Assembly: GCA_045863395.1 (NCBI GenBank)
Contig: BTVJ01000010.1
Span: 32,001 to 96,000, forward strand
Length of the DNA stretch: 64,000 nt
Source: Myxococcales bacterium
Lineage (GTDB): Bacteria > Myxococcota_A > UBA9042 > JABWCM01 > BTVJ01
Direction of reading: 5' to 3'
The notes beneath the pieces are model-generated. The model saw only the letters and a list, made by a program, of their open reading frames with translations. It searched no databases and was not told the DNA's origin. Shown one piece after another: positions 55,722 to 64,000 of this stretch; position 1 is the first letter of the stretch; each line of letters starts with the position of its first letter. The position numbers were made by a program, and so were the translations under genes.

Positions 55722-57413
55722 ATGAAGAGCTACCTCGTGGCGGGAGTGAGCCTCGCCCTGGCCTCGGTCCTGGGCGCGTGCCCCGATGAGGCCGCAGAAT
55801 TCACCGACACGAAGCAGACCACCGACTCGGGCGTGGACGCTGGCGACGCCAGCCTCGCCGATGTGCCGGACTCCGGGGGAGTCACCCCGGACGCCAGCCT
55901 CCAAGACGCACCCGACACGGCGGGGAGCGGGGACACCGGCGAGGCGGCCGACGCGCTCGACACGGAGGTCGCTGCGGACGCCCTGGACACCTTGGACGGC
56001 GGCACCTGCTGCACGGCAGCGTCGGACTGCGCCCCGGGCAAGCGCTGCGTGGTCGGCGCGACGGGGCCCGGGTTCTGCGTCCCGGAGGAGCCCGGGCTGG
56101 GCAGGTGCTACACGAACGCGGACTGTGACAGCGGCACGGAGCTCTGGTGCGAGCAGGCGGAGCTCCCGCAGTGCGCGCCGGGCGCCCAGCCCGTCGAGGG
56201 GTGGTGCACCCACGTCGATCCCCCGCTGGACTGCTGCGTCGATGCCGGGACGTGCGAGCCCAACGATGTCTGCGTCCAGGGCAACTGCTTCCCCACGCCG
56301 CTCGTGGGCGCCTGCTTCGACGACTCCCACTGCGGCCAGGACGAGATCTGCGTCCAGGAGCTCGTGGTCCCCTGCCAGACGGGCAGCGGAGACCAATCCC
56401 ACCCTGGCTCGTGCGTCCCCAAGGACCAGGTGCCCGTCTGCTGCGGCGCCTCGTGGCCCTGCCCCGCCGGCATGACGTGCGGTCTCGTCCCGGGCGCAAA
56501 GGAGGACGGGACCTGCAAGCCGTCCGGCACCGCCGACGCCTGCTGGGGCGACGCGGAGTGCCCCACCGGCCTCAAGTGCAAGGGCGCCTTCACCTGCCCC
56601 TGCAACGCCCTCTGCGGGGTCATCGACACACCGGGGGTCTGCGCGGCGAGCCTCGACTGCTGCACCACCGACTGGGACTGCGAGCTCGGAGAGCGCTGCG
56701 TCGGCAACGGGACGGGCAACGGGATCTGCAAGCCCGTGCCCGCCTGGGGGAGCTGCTGGGACGGCAACGACTGCACCCCGACGCAGACCTGCGAGGGGGG
56801 AAGCGTCTGCTCCTGCGACGCCGACTGCGACCAGGAGGACACCCTTGGCACCTGCAAAGGCGGCGACAGCGGCTGCTGCACCGGCGCCCAGGTCTGCCCG
56901 GCGGGCTTCCAGTGCATGCCGCTGTCGGGCATCGGCTGGTCCACGTGCGTGGCGACCCCCGAGCCGGGGCGCTGCTGGAGCAACCAGGACTGCCCCTCCG
57001 GGCACACCTGCGAGGGAGCGGCCTTCTGCCCGTGCTCCTCGGACTGCGACATGAGCTACGAGGGGCCGGGCGTCTGCAAGCCCCCGACAGGCTGCACCCC
57101 GCTCGAGACCGCGTGGGTGACCGAGATCTGCGACGCCAAGAGCCTCGCCCTGTGGGATGGCACGAAGTGCGTCCAGACCTGCCCCGGGTGCTGTGGCTGC
57201 GAGCCCTTCTGCGACAAGACCTTCGAGTCCCTGGATGCCTGCCAGGCGACCTGCGGCTGCACGCTCTGGGACGGCTCCTGCGACGACGCCATCCCGCCCG
57301 CGCCCTGGTGGGCGCTGACGGCGAAGGGGTGCGAGGAGATCACGACCTGTGTGTGCGAGGGCTGCCCCGGAGCCTACCCGTCCAAGGCCGCCTGCGAGGC
57401 GTGTCTCAAGTAG
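55722..57413 (+). CDS. Cys-rich repeat lipoprotein (563 aa)
   Basis: GGAGG RBS; lipobox LGA/C; Asp-rich linker; alternating CCxxxxDC and GxCWxxxDC modules. Confidence 0.85.
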   Translation: MKSYLVAGVSLALASVLGACPDEAAEFTDTKQTTDSGVDAGDASLADVPDSGGVTPDASLQDAPDTAGSGDTGEAADALDTEVAADALDTLDGGTCCTAASDCAPGKRCVVGATGPGFCVPEEPGLGRCYTNADCDSGTELWCEQAELPQCAPGAQPVEGWCTHVDPPLDCCVDAGTCEPNDVCVQGNCFPTPLVGACFDDSHCGQDEICVQELVVPCQTGSGDQSHPGSCVPKDQVPVCCGASWPCPAGMTCGLVPGAKEDGTCKPSGTADACWGDAECPTGLKCKGAFTCPCNALCGVIDTPGVCAASLDCCTTDWDCELGERCVGNGTGNGICKPVPAWGSCWDGNDCTPTQTCEGGSVCSCDADCDQEDTLGTCKGGDSGCCTGAQVCPAGFQCMPLSGIGWSTCVATPEPGRCWSNQDCPSGHTCEGAAFCPCSSDCDMSYEGPGVCKPPTGCTPLETAWVTEICDAKSLALWDGTKCVQTCPGCCGCEPFCDKTFESLDACQATCGCTLWDGSCDDAIPPAPWWALTAKGCEEITTCVCEGCPGAYPSKAACEACLK

Positions 57414-57423
57414 ATTGCGGGGC

Positions 57424-58839
57424 TCACAGCCCCGCGAGGTGGCTCACGAAGCGGTCCTGGAGCCGGCGGGCGGTCGCGGCCGGCTCCTTCAGGTCGTTGA
57501 CCAAGACGGCGAACGCGAGCCAGCGCCCGCCCTGGGTCTTCACGTAGCCGGACAGGGTGATCACGTCGTCCAGGGTGCCGGTCTTGGCGTGGACCCGCCC
57601 GCCCGTCTTCGCCATGCGCCCCTTGAGGGTCCCGGTCTTGCCCGCCACGGGCAGCGACGCGAGGAACGGCTCCCGCACCTTCTCCAGGCCCCACACGTGG
57701 CGCAGGAAGGCGACCATGTGCCTCGGGGCCATGAACTGCCCCCCGTAGAGCCCGGACCCGTTGTGGATCTCGAAGCCCCCTGTCGCCCCCGCCGCCTCCA
57801 GGAGCTTCGTGATCGCCGCCGCCCCCTTGGCCGCCGTGCCCGGCGCACCGGCGGACGCGGCCCCGACGTGGAGCAGCAGGACCTCCGCCATGTGGTTGTT
57901 GGACCACTCGTTGCAGTCCTTGGCGAGCGCCGCCACCGTCGGCGACGGCACGGTGATCATGGGCGGCTCGGCCTCGGGGGCGCGCCCGCGGACCACGTCG
58001 CCCTCGACGGTGATGCCCCGGCGCCGCAGCGCCTCCCGGAGCACGCGCCCCGTGACCAGCCCCGGATCGTCCACGCGCCGCCGCACGAGCCCGCCCTTGT
58101 TCGCCACGCCGATGGTGCCCGTGACGGTCACCAAGGTGCGCCCGTCGGCGGTGCCCCTGGCTCGCACCGTCAGGCGCTCCTCCTTGCCCTGCACCGTCGA
58201 CGCCTGGTTGGAGAAGTCCACGTCCCCTCCGTCGGGCGCCACGGAGACCCGCGCGGGTGAACCGACCGATGCCCCAGGCTTGAAGGTCACCGCGATGGCC
58301 CCGTACTCCATGGTCAGCGCCCCGATCGAGCAGCGGTAGGCCTCGTCGGTGTCCTTCAGGTCGTACCCGGGCGGCAGGCTCGCCCCCCCGAAGAGCGAGT
58401 CGTCCACGACGACGCCTCCCGTGACCCTGCGGACCCCCGCGGCCTTGATGGCGTTGGCGATGTGGGCGATGTCCTTGGCCATGAGCTTCGGGTTGCCCCT
58501 CCCGCGGATCACGAGGTCCCCCTGGATGGCGCCCAGCTCCGGCGAGCCATACACCTCCGTGGGGAAGGTCGCGTCGGGGCCCAGCGCCAGCAGCGCGGCC
58601 GCCGTCGTCAGCAGCTTGGCGTTGGAGGCCACGTTGTAGCGACCGTCCCCGTCGTGGCCGTACCAGAGCTCACCGCTCGTCACGTCCATGACCGCGGCGC
58701 CCACCCGCGCCTTGCCGATGGCGCCGTCGGCCACGATGGCGTCGAGGGCCTTGGCGAGCCCCGCCGGGGCCTCCGCGCGGGCGACCCCCGCCACCAGTAG
58801 GAGGACGGTGATGATCGCCCGCCGCAGTGTGTTGGACAT
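57424..58839 (-). CDS. dacB: D-Ala-D-Ala carboxypeptidase/endopeptidase PBP4 (peptidase S13)
   Basis: ASNAK (SxxK), SNN, GSGL, KTGTL; signal peptide. Confidence 0.93.
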   Translation of the reverse strand: MSNTLRRAIITVLLLVAGVARAEAPAGLAKALDAIVADGAIGKARVGAAVMDVTSGELWYGHDGDGRYNVASNAKLLTTAAALLALGPDATFPTEVYGSPELGAIQGDLVIRGRGNPKLMAKDIAHIANAIKAAGVRRVTGGVVVDDSLFGGASLPPGYDLKDTDEAYRCSIGALTMEYGAIAVTFKPGASVGSPARVSVAPDGGDVDFSNQASTVQGKEERLTVRARGTADGRTLVTVTGTIGVANKGGLVRRRVDDPGLVTGRVLREALRRRGITVEGDVVRGRAPEAEPPMITVPSPTVAALAKDCNEWSNNHMAEVLLLHVGAASAGAPGTAAKGAAAITKLLEAAGATGGFEIHNGSGLYGGQFMAPRHMVAFLRHVWGLEKVREPFLASLPVAGKTGTLKGRMAKTGGRVHAKTGTLDDVITLSGYVKTQGGRWLAFAVLVNDLKEPAATARRLQDRFVSHLAGL

Positions 58840-58867
58840 GCCGGCTCCTCGGTGCTACCCGTTGCGC

Positions 58868-60568
58868 ATGACGCGCGCCCTGTTGCTGCTCGCCGCCCTG
58901 TGCGGCTGCTACCGCGAGCCCCCGACCCCGGGGGACGACGCCACGCGCCTCGTGGTCCTGCTGGACGGGGCCCCGCGGAGCCTCGACCCGCGCTTCACCA
59001 TCGACGCCACGTCCATGCGCGCCTCCCGCATGGTCTTCGAGGCGCTCGTGACCGTCGACAACCCGACCCTGGAGCCCGTGCCCCAGCTCGCCGAGGCCAT
59101 CGTGCCCGACCCGGACGACCCGCGGCTCTGGCGCGTGCGGGTGCGCCGGGGCGTCCGCTTCCACGACGGCGTGGAGCTGACCGGCCGGGACGTGGTCGAG
59201 ACCTTCCGCACGGTGCTCGACCCGGCCCTCGGATCCCCCTATCGTGCGGACTTCGCGCGCAAGATCAAGGATGTGCGCCTCGACCCGGCGGGCGACCCCT
59301 GGGACGTGCTCTTCACCGTCCAGCGCCCCTACGCGACCTTCGTGACCGACCTGGTGCTCGGCGTCGTCCCCGCCCATGCCTTGCGAGACGGGCAGCTCCC
59401 CGAGGGCCTCTACCTCGGGACGGGCCCCTACCGCTACGTGCGTCGCGACGGGGAGCGCACCCTGGTGCTGCGGCGCAACGAGGACTGGCACGGGGGCTCC
59501 GTGGGCCCCGAGTGGCTGATCTTCCGCACCATCGAGGACGAGAACACGCGCCTGCTGTCCCTGCTCGGCGGCAGCGGCGACCTGGTGCAGAACGGGGTGT
59601 CGCCCGTCCTCATCGACACGCTGGCCCAGCGCAAGGGGGTCCGCGTCGAGGCCGCCCGCAGCATCTCCTTCACCTACCTCGGGGTCAACCTGCGGGTGCC
59701 GGCGCTGGCGGACGTGCGGGTGCGCCGCGCCCTGGCGCACGGCATCGACCGGGAGTCCATCGTTGCCCACCGCTATGCCCGCCGGGCGCTGCTGGCCACC
59801 GGGATGCTCGCGCCCTTCCACTGGGCCTACGAGGGCGACGTGGAGCGCTACGAATACGACCCGGCGAAGGCGGAGGCGCTCCTCGACGAGGCCGGCTACG
59901 CGCGGGGAGCGGGCGGCGTCCGGCTGACCATCGAGCTGAAGCTCTCCAACAACCGCTTCCGGCGCAGCGTCGCCGAGCTGATCGCGCGGCAGCTCCGCGG
60001 CATCGGCGTGGACGTGCGCCTGCGCAGCTACGAGTTCGGCACCTTCTTCGCCGACATCCGCAAGGGCAACTTCGACATGTTCCTGCTCCAGCTCCCCGAG
60101 CCCGTGGAGCCGGACATGCTGCGCTGGATGCTCCACAGCATGGCGACCCCCGTGAAGGAGCCTTCGGGGGACCGGACGCCCTACGAGCGGGCCGACAGGC
60201 GCTACGTCAACCCGGGGGCCGAGGCGCTGCTCGGGGACGCGGACTGCGGCGCCTGGGCGCGGGAGGCGCTCAGGAAAGGAGAGGCCGCGAAGCGAGGCGA
60301 GCTCGACCTGGACATGGGCTCCGCCAACCGCACCTGGTTCTTCGACCCGCGCTTCGACTGCATGGTGGAGCTGGGGCTCGGCACGGTGGAAAGGGCCGAG
60401 CGGCGCCGCTACTATGCCGTGGCCCAGCGCATCGCGGCAGCCGAGCTGCCGGTCATCCCGCTGTGGCACGAGGACACTGTCGCGGTGATGCGGGACAAGG
60501 TGACCGGCTACACGCCGCTGCCCAACGGGCGCCTCGCCCCACTGACGGCCATCACGCTCCAGCCCTGA
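58868..60568 (+). CDS. ABC transporter substrate-binding lipoprotein, family 5 (peptide/nickel)
   Basis: Lipobox LCG/C; SLDPR, RRGVRFHDG, GTGPY, DVRVRRALAHGIDR, YDPAKAEALLDEAG, ELPVIPLW. Confidence 0.92.
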   Translation: MTRALLLLAALCGCYREPPTPGDDATRLVVLLDGAPRSLDPRFTIDATSMRASRMVFEALVTVDNPTLEPVPQLAEAIVPDPDDPRLWRVRVRRGVRFHDGVELTGRDVVETFRTVLDPALGSPYRADFARKIKDVRLDPAGDPWDVLFTVQRPYATFVTDLVLGVVPAHALRDGQLPEGLYLGTGPYRYVRRDGERTLVLRRNEDWHGGSVGPEWLIFRTIEDENTRLLSLLGGSGDLVQNGVSPVLIDTLAQRKGVRVEAARSISFTYLGVNLRVPALADVRVRRALAHGIDRESIVAHRYARRALLATGMLAPFHWAYEGDVERYEYDPAKAEALLDEAGYARGAGGVRLTIELKLSNNRFRRSVAELIARQLRGIGVDVRLRSYEFGTFFADIRKGNFDMFLLQLPEPVEPDMLRWMLHSMATPVKEPSGDRTPYERADRRYVNPGAEALLGDADCGAWAREALRKGEAAKRGELDLDMGSANRTWFFDPRFDCMVELGLGTVERAERRRYYAVAQRIAAAELPVIPLWHEDTVAVMRDKVTGYTPLPNGRLAPLTAITLQP

Positions 60569-60577
60569 CGGAGACCC

Positions 60578-61135
60578 ATGACCTCGCACGCGACCACGGG
60601 GGAGCGCACCCTCGACCGCCGCTCGATGTTCAAGACGGTGATCATCGCGGTCGCCGCCGGGGCCCTGGTCACGTCGCTCATCTGGAACCGGGGGCCCCGC
60701 AAGGGCGGAATGAAGCAGGGCACGGAGGCGCCGCCCTTCGCCCTGGCGGAGCTGCGCACGGGCGACACCGTGTCGCTGGCCGACCAGCGGGGCAAGCCGG
60801 TGCTGCTCGTGTTCTGGGCGACCTGGTGCGAGCCCTGCAAAGAGGAGCTGCCCGCCATCGACGCCTTGTATCGCAAGGTGGGGGACAAGGCGGCGGTCCT
60901 GACGCTGGTCAACGAGCCCCCGCCGGCGGTGCTCGGCTACCTGCGCACGGCCGCCGAGCGGGGCACGGACCTCACGTTTCCAGTGCTGCTGGACGGCTCG
61001 GGGCGCATCCACGTGTCCTACGCAGCGAAGAACATCCCCTACTCCGTGCTCATCGACCGGCATGGCGTCGTCGCCGCCAGCTTCGTTGGGGCGGTGGATC
61101 CAGGGGACCTCGAAGAGATGCTGATGGGGCTGTGA
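60578..61135 (+). CDS. TlpA/ResA-like thiol-disulfide oxidoreductase
   Basis: N-terminal TM helix; APPF, GKPVLLVFWATWCEPCKEELP, IPYSVLID. Confidence 0.92.
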   Translation: MTSHATTGERTLDRRSMFKTVIIAVAAGALVTSLIWNRGPRKGGMKQGTEAPPFALAELRTGDTVSLADQRGKPVLLVFWATWCEPCKEELPAIDALYRKVGDKAAVLTLVNEPPPAVLGYLRTAAERGTDLTFPVLLDGSGRIHVSYAAKNIPYSVLIDRHGVVAASFVGAVDPGDLEEMLMGL

Positions 61136-62013
61136 TGGCGAACGTGCTGGTGCGTGGCGTGGGGAGCGGTGGGGCCATCCGGGCCATGGCGGTCGATGTC
61201 ACCACGCTCGGGCGCGAGCTGGCGGCGATCCACGGCGCCGCCCCCACGGCGGCGGCCGCCCTGTGCCGGGTGGCGGGAGCCGCGCTGTTGCTGGGGGCGA
61301 CGGTGAAGGGGCGCGCCCAGGTGAGCATCCAGGTGAAGGGCGACGGCCCCATCGGCGAGCTGTACGCCATCGCGGACGCACACGGGTCGGTGCGGGTGTC
61401 CATCGACGACCCGAGCGTCCACATGGCGTCCCCGTTCGACGGGAGCTACTCCGTCGGGGCCGCGGTGGGCAACGGCACGCTGACCGTGACCAGGAGCGTC
61501 GGGGAGGGGGACCCCTACCGGAGCATCGTGCCCCTCGTGTCCGGCGAGATCGCCCTCGACATGGCACACTACTTCACGGCCAGCGAGCAGAAGCCGAGCG
61601 CCATGGGGCTGGGGGAGCTCCTCGATCCCAGCGGCGTGGTGGCGGCGGGCGGCTTCCTGCTCCAGACCTTCCCGGGCGTAGACGAGGCGCTGTTGGCGGA
61701 GGTGGAGGAGCGGATCGGGGCGCTGCCCAGGTTGTCATCGCTGCTGGCCGAGGGAGCCGGCCCGGAGGACGTCTTGCGGCGACTGCTGCCCGACCTGGTG
61801 GTGCTGGACAGCTACCCCGTGCAGCGCGTCTGTACGTGCTCCGTGGAGCGCAGCGAGCAGATCCTCGTGGCGCTGGGGGAGCAGGAGCTGGAGTCGCTGA
61901 TCGCCGACCAGCAGACCACCGACCTGCGCTGCCACTTCTGCAACACGGTCTACGCCTTCAGCCGCGACGACGTCCGGGCGCTGCTCCGCTCGGCGCGGGG
62001 GCTGCTGCACTAG
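61135..62013 (+). CDS. hslO: Redox-regulated chaperone Hsp33
   Basis: GDGPIG, LVSGEIALD..YF..SEQ.PS, AAGGFLLQ, Zn motif CTC..CHFC. Confidence 0.95.
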   Translation: MANVLVRGVGSGGAIRAMAVDVTTLGRELAAIHGAAPTAAAALCRVAGAALLLGATVKGRAQVSIQVKGDGPIGELYAIADAHGSVRVSIDDPSVHMASPFDGSYSVGAAVGNGTLTVTRSVGEGDPYRSIVPLVSGEIALDMAHYFTASEQKPSAMGLGELLDPSGVVAAGGFLLQTFPGVDEALLAEVEERIGALPRLSSLLAEGAGPEDVLRRLLPDLVVLDSYPVQRVCTCSVERSEQILVALGEQELESLIADQQTTDLRCHFCNTVYAFSRDDVRALLRSARGLLH

Positions 62014-62023
62014 CGTCTTGGAG

Positions 62024-62815
62024 CTACGCCGCCAGCGGCAGGCGCTTCACCCACGCGTCGAACCCACCGTCCACCGCGTCGTCGTAGACCTCCTGCAGGT
62101 GCAGGTCGAACCACCGCTCCCCGGCCACGGGGTCGAGCACGCTGTCCGTGACCCGCCCCGCACACACGAGGGGCGCGAGCCCCCCGGCGTCGTCGACGAG
62201 CAGGTGCACCCACACCCGCGTGCCGATGGTCGGCGGCGTCCGCTGGACCACCATGCGCAGCGCGCGGCGCCCGATGGAGATGACCGTGCCGCTCTCCAGG
62301 CGGCTCGGCAGCTCGGCGGACGCGGCGAGCAGCACGGGGGTGGCGGCGCTGGAGGGGCGGAGGTCCCGCGCCGGGAGGATGGGCGGCGCGGGCTCGAAGC
62401 CGCGGCAGGGGACGGGGGGCGCCAGGAACGTCAGGCGATGCAGGCACCCGACGGCCTCCGGGTCGCTGACCGGCGCGCGAAGCGTGTCGCGGACCAACGC
62501 GAGGAGGGCTGCCTCGGACTCGCTCTCGGCGGCGAGCCACCGGGCCCCAAAGCCGCCCAGTATGCCGGGCGCGGGCTGGAGCACCCACCTCACCTGGGCG
62601 CTGACGTGGACCGGGGTGCCTTGAGGCTCCGGCGTGATCGCGACGACGATGTGCTGCCCGACCGCCGGCAGCGACACCGCACGGAAGAACGCCCCGCCGG
62701 CGCTCACGTCGACGGTGGCCACCTCCTGGGTGGAGCCGTCGGGCCCCCGAAGGGTGGCCACGAGCTGTAGGTTCCTGCGAGCGTAGGCGCGAAGATCCGG
62801 GTGCCAGGTGGACAT
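62024..62815 (-). CDS. PilZ-domain protein (N-terminal PilZ, degenerate second PilZ)
   Basis: RAYAR (RxxxR) and DVSAGG (DxSxxG), AQVRW..GFGARW. Confidence 0.75.
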   Translation of the reverse strand: MSTWHPDLRAYARRNLQLVATLRGPDGSTQEVATVDVSAGGAFFRAVSLPAVGQHIVVAITPEPQGTPVHVSAQVRWVLQPAPGILGGFGARWLAAESESEAALLALVRDTLRAPVSDPEAVGCLHRLTFLAPPVPCRGFEPAPPILPARDLRPSSAATPVLLAASAELPSRLESGTVISIGRRALRMVVQRTPPTIGTRVWVHLLVDDAGGLAPLVCAGRVTDSVLDPVAGERWFDLHLQEVYDDAVDGGFDAWVKRLPLAA

Positions 62816-62903
62816 GGGCGTGCTCCCTCTCGTGGTGTGGCTCCGGCGTGCCACATCGGACGAGCGGGCGCAGACCTTGAGGGTGGAGTCGAGGCGAGGG
62901 GCG

Positions 62904-63752
62904 TCACGCCGACGCGGCGACCGCAGCAGCAGGGGCGGCGGTCATGGCTCGGACGATCCACTCCCGCAGCGCGTCACGCCCACGGCATGGGGGGACGGCG
63001 TCGGCGGCTGCCCGGACGAGGCGTCGCCAGCGTTCGGCGGCAACGTCGACGCCCAGCTCCGTGACGGCGCTCGGGCGCAGGCGGGCCGCGTCCTGCCCCA
63101 CGGGCTTGCCGAGCAGCTCTGGCGTGGCCAGGGCGTCAGCGAGGTCGTCGGCCACCTGCCACGCCTCGCCGAGGCGAGCGCCGAGGGGGAGCCAGCGCGC
63201 GGGATCGTCCCCGCACGCGGCGGCGCCCGCACCGACCGCCGCCTCGAACAGGGCCGCGGTCTTCCGGTGGTAGGCCCGCAGGTCGACGCACGGCTCGCCC
63301 TCCCAGGCCTGCCCGGCGATGATCCCGTGCGGCACGCCGACTCCCCGGGCGACCGAGAGGAGGGTCGCGGCCAGGTGCGGCGACGGGGTCTGCGCCAGCT
63401 CCTCGAAGGCCATGACGATGAGGGCGTCCCCGGCCAGGATTGCGAGCGGCTCGCCATGCGCCCGGTGCAGCGACGGGCGGCCCCGGCGCAGGGGCGCGTC
63501 GTCGAAGGCGGGCAGGTCGTCGTGCACCAGCGACGCGCAGTGCAGCAGCTCGACGGAGACGGCGGCGCTGACCGCGAGGGTTGGCGTGGGGGACGCGCAG
63601 GCCTCGGCTACCCGCAGGCACAGCCGGGGCCGGACGCGGCCGCCGGCCGGGAACACCGCATGGCGCATCGCCGCGACGAGGCGCGGTGGCGCCCCGGCGG
63701 CCCGAGCGAGCACCCCCTCCAGCCCGACTTCGATGGTTTGTCCAAGGCTCAT
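62904..63752 (-). CDS. crtE: Geranylgeranyl diphosphate synthase
   Basis: GGRVRP, ELLHCASLVHDDLPAFDDAPLRRG (FARM), GQAWE, KT, QVADDLAD (SARM), GKPVGQD; start 63752 or 63767. Confidence 0.9.
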   Translation of the reverse strand: MSLGQTIEVGLEGVLARAAGAPPRLVAAMRHAVFPAGGRVRPRLCLRVAEACASPTPTLAVSAAVSVELLHCASLVHDDLPAFDDAPLRRGRPSLHRAHGEPLAILAGDALIVMAFEELAQTPSPHLAATLLSVARGVGVPHGIIAGQAWEGEPCVDLRAYHRKTAALFEAAVGAGAAACGDDPARWLPLGARLGEAWQVADDLADALATPELLGKPVGQDAARLRPSAVTELGVDVAAERWRRLVRAAADAVPPCRGRDALREWIVRAMTAAPAAAVAASA

Positions 63753-63786
63753 CGGCACCCCTTGCATTGTGAATAGCGTTAGTCGA

Positions 63787-63819
63787 TATTTGAACACAGA
63801 ATAGACAATCCATGAACAC
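63787..63819. promoter_or_regulatory. CarH/CarA-type operator: three tandem 11-bp repeats with TnnACA
   Basis: TGAACA (63791), TAGACA (63802), TGAACA (63813) at exact 11-bp spacing in the AT-rich gap between divergent carotenoid genes. Confidence 0.7.
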
Positions 63820-63838
63820 AAATGCAAGGAGGGGAGAG

Positions 63839-64000
63839 ATGAGAGAGAGGCGCGTCATCGTCATCGGAGCCGGCATGGGCGGCCTCGCCGCCGCGCTGGA
63901 GCTTGCCGCGAGGGGCGTTGCGGTGACGGTCCTCGAGAAGGAGCGCGACGTGGGCGGCAAGGTGCGGCGGCAGGAGACAGGCGGCGCCATCGTGGACGCG
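63839..64000 (+). CDS. Carotenoid desaturase (CrtD/CrtI family), 5' fragment
   Basis: Not in the ORF track. AAGGAGG RBS, then MRERRVIVIGAGMGGLAAALELAARGVAVTVLEKERDVGGKVRRQETGGAIVDA (GxGxxG, E..GG); divergent from crtE. Confidence 0.8.
   Translation, partial: MRERRVIVIGAGMGGLAAALELAARGVAVTVLEKERDVGGKVRRQETGGAIVDA

Noticed and set aside
58852..62013. 1053-aa ORF suggesting a large Hsp33 fusion
   Set aside because: Only 61135-62013 is Hsp33; the rest overlaps the SBP and TlpA genes out of frame.
63753..63838. PpsR/CrtJ operator (TGT-N12-ACA)
   Set aside because: No correctly spaced palindrome; the pattern is an 11-bp direct repeat.
1..64000. tRNA, rRNA, transposase, integrase or prophage genes
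   Set aside because: None recognisable by eye in the intergenic gaps or ORFs.

Overview
High-GC bacterial window, probably Myxococcota/deltaproteobacterial (MYXO-CTERM-like tail, Cys-rich repeat lipoproteins). Left to right: (1) a minus-strand group 3b-type [NiFe]-hydrogenase operon (beta, gamma, delta, alpha), an apparent maturation-protease::HypF fusion, hypC and the 5' end of hypD; (2) an esterase, a YbhB/YbcL gene with a 1-nt frameshift, and a 176-bp MITE in that gene's TAA stop; (3) a 27.7-kb translationally coupled three-gene module: a 2045-aa secreted Ig/LamG-repeat protein, a secreted transglutaminase-like protein, and a 6912-aa secreted Ig/FN3 adhesin ending in an RHS/YD shell with a Cys/Gly-rich tip and no adjacent immunity gene; (4) four tiny, apparently related Cys-pair lipoproteins behind a consensus sigma54 promoter; (5) housekeeping/envelope genes (ABC-2/DUF3526 transporter, FKBP, GluQ, PruA, CehA/McbA-like hydrolase, M61 peptidase, TerC, SDR, DacB, SBP5, TlpA, Hsp33, PilZ); (6) a divergent crtE / crtD-or-crtI pair separated by a CarH-type 11-bp direct-repeat operator. 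The best candidates for an undescribed system are the giant adhesin-RHS/transglutaminase module (with nested domains) and the four-lipoprotein operon. All calls come from reading motifs by eye; no database searches were run.
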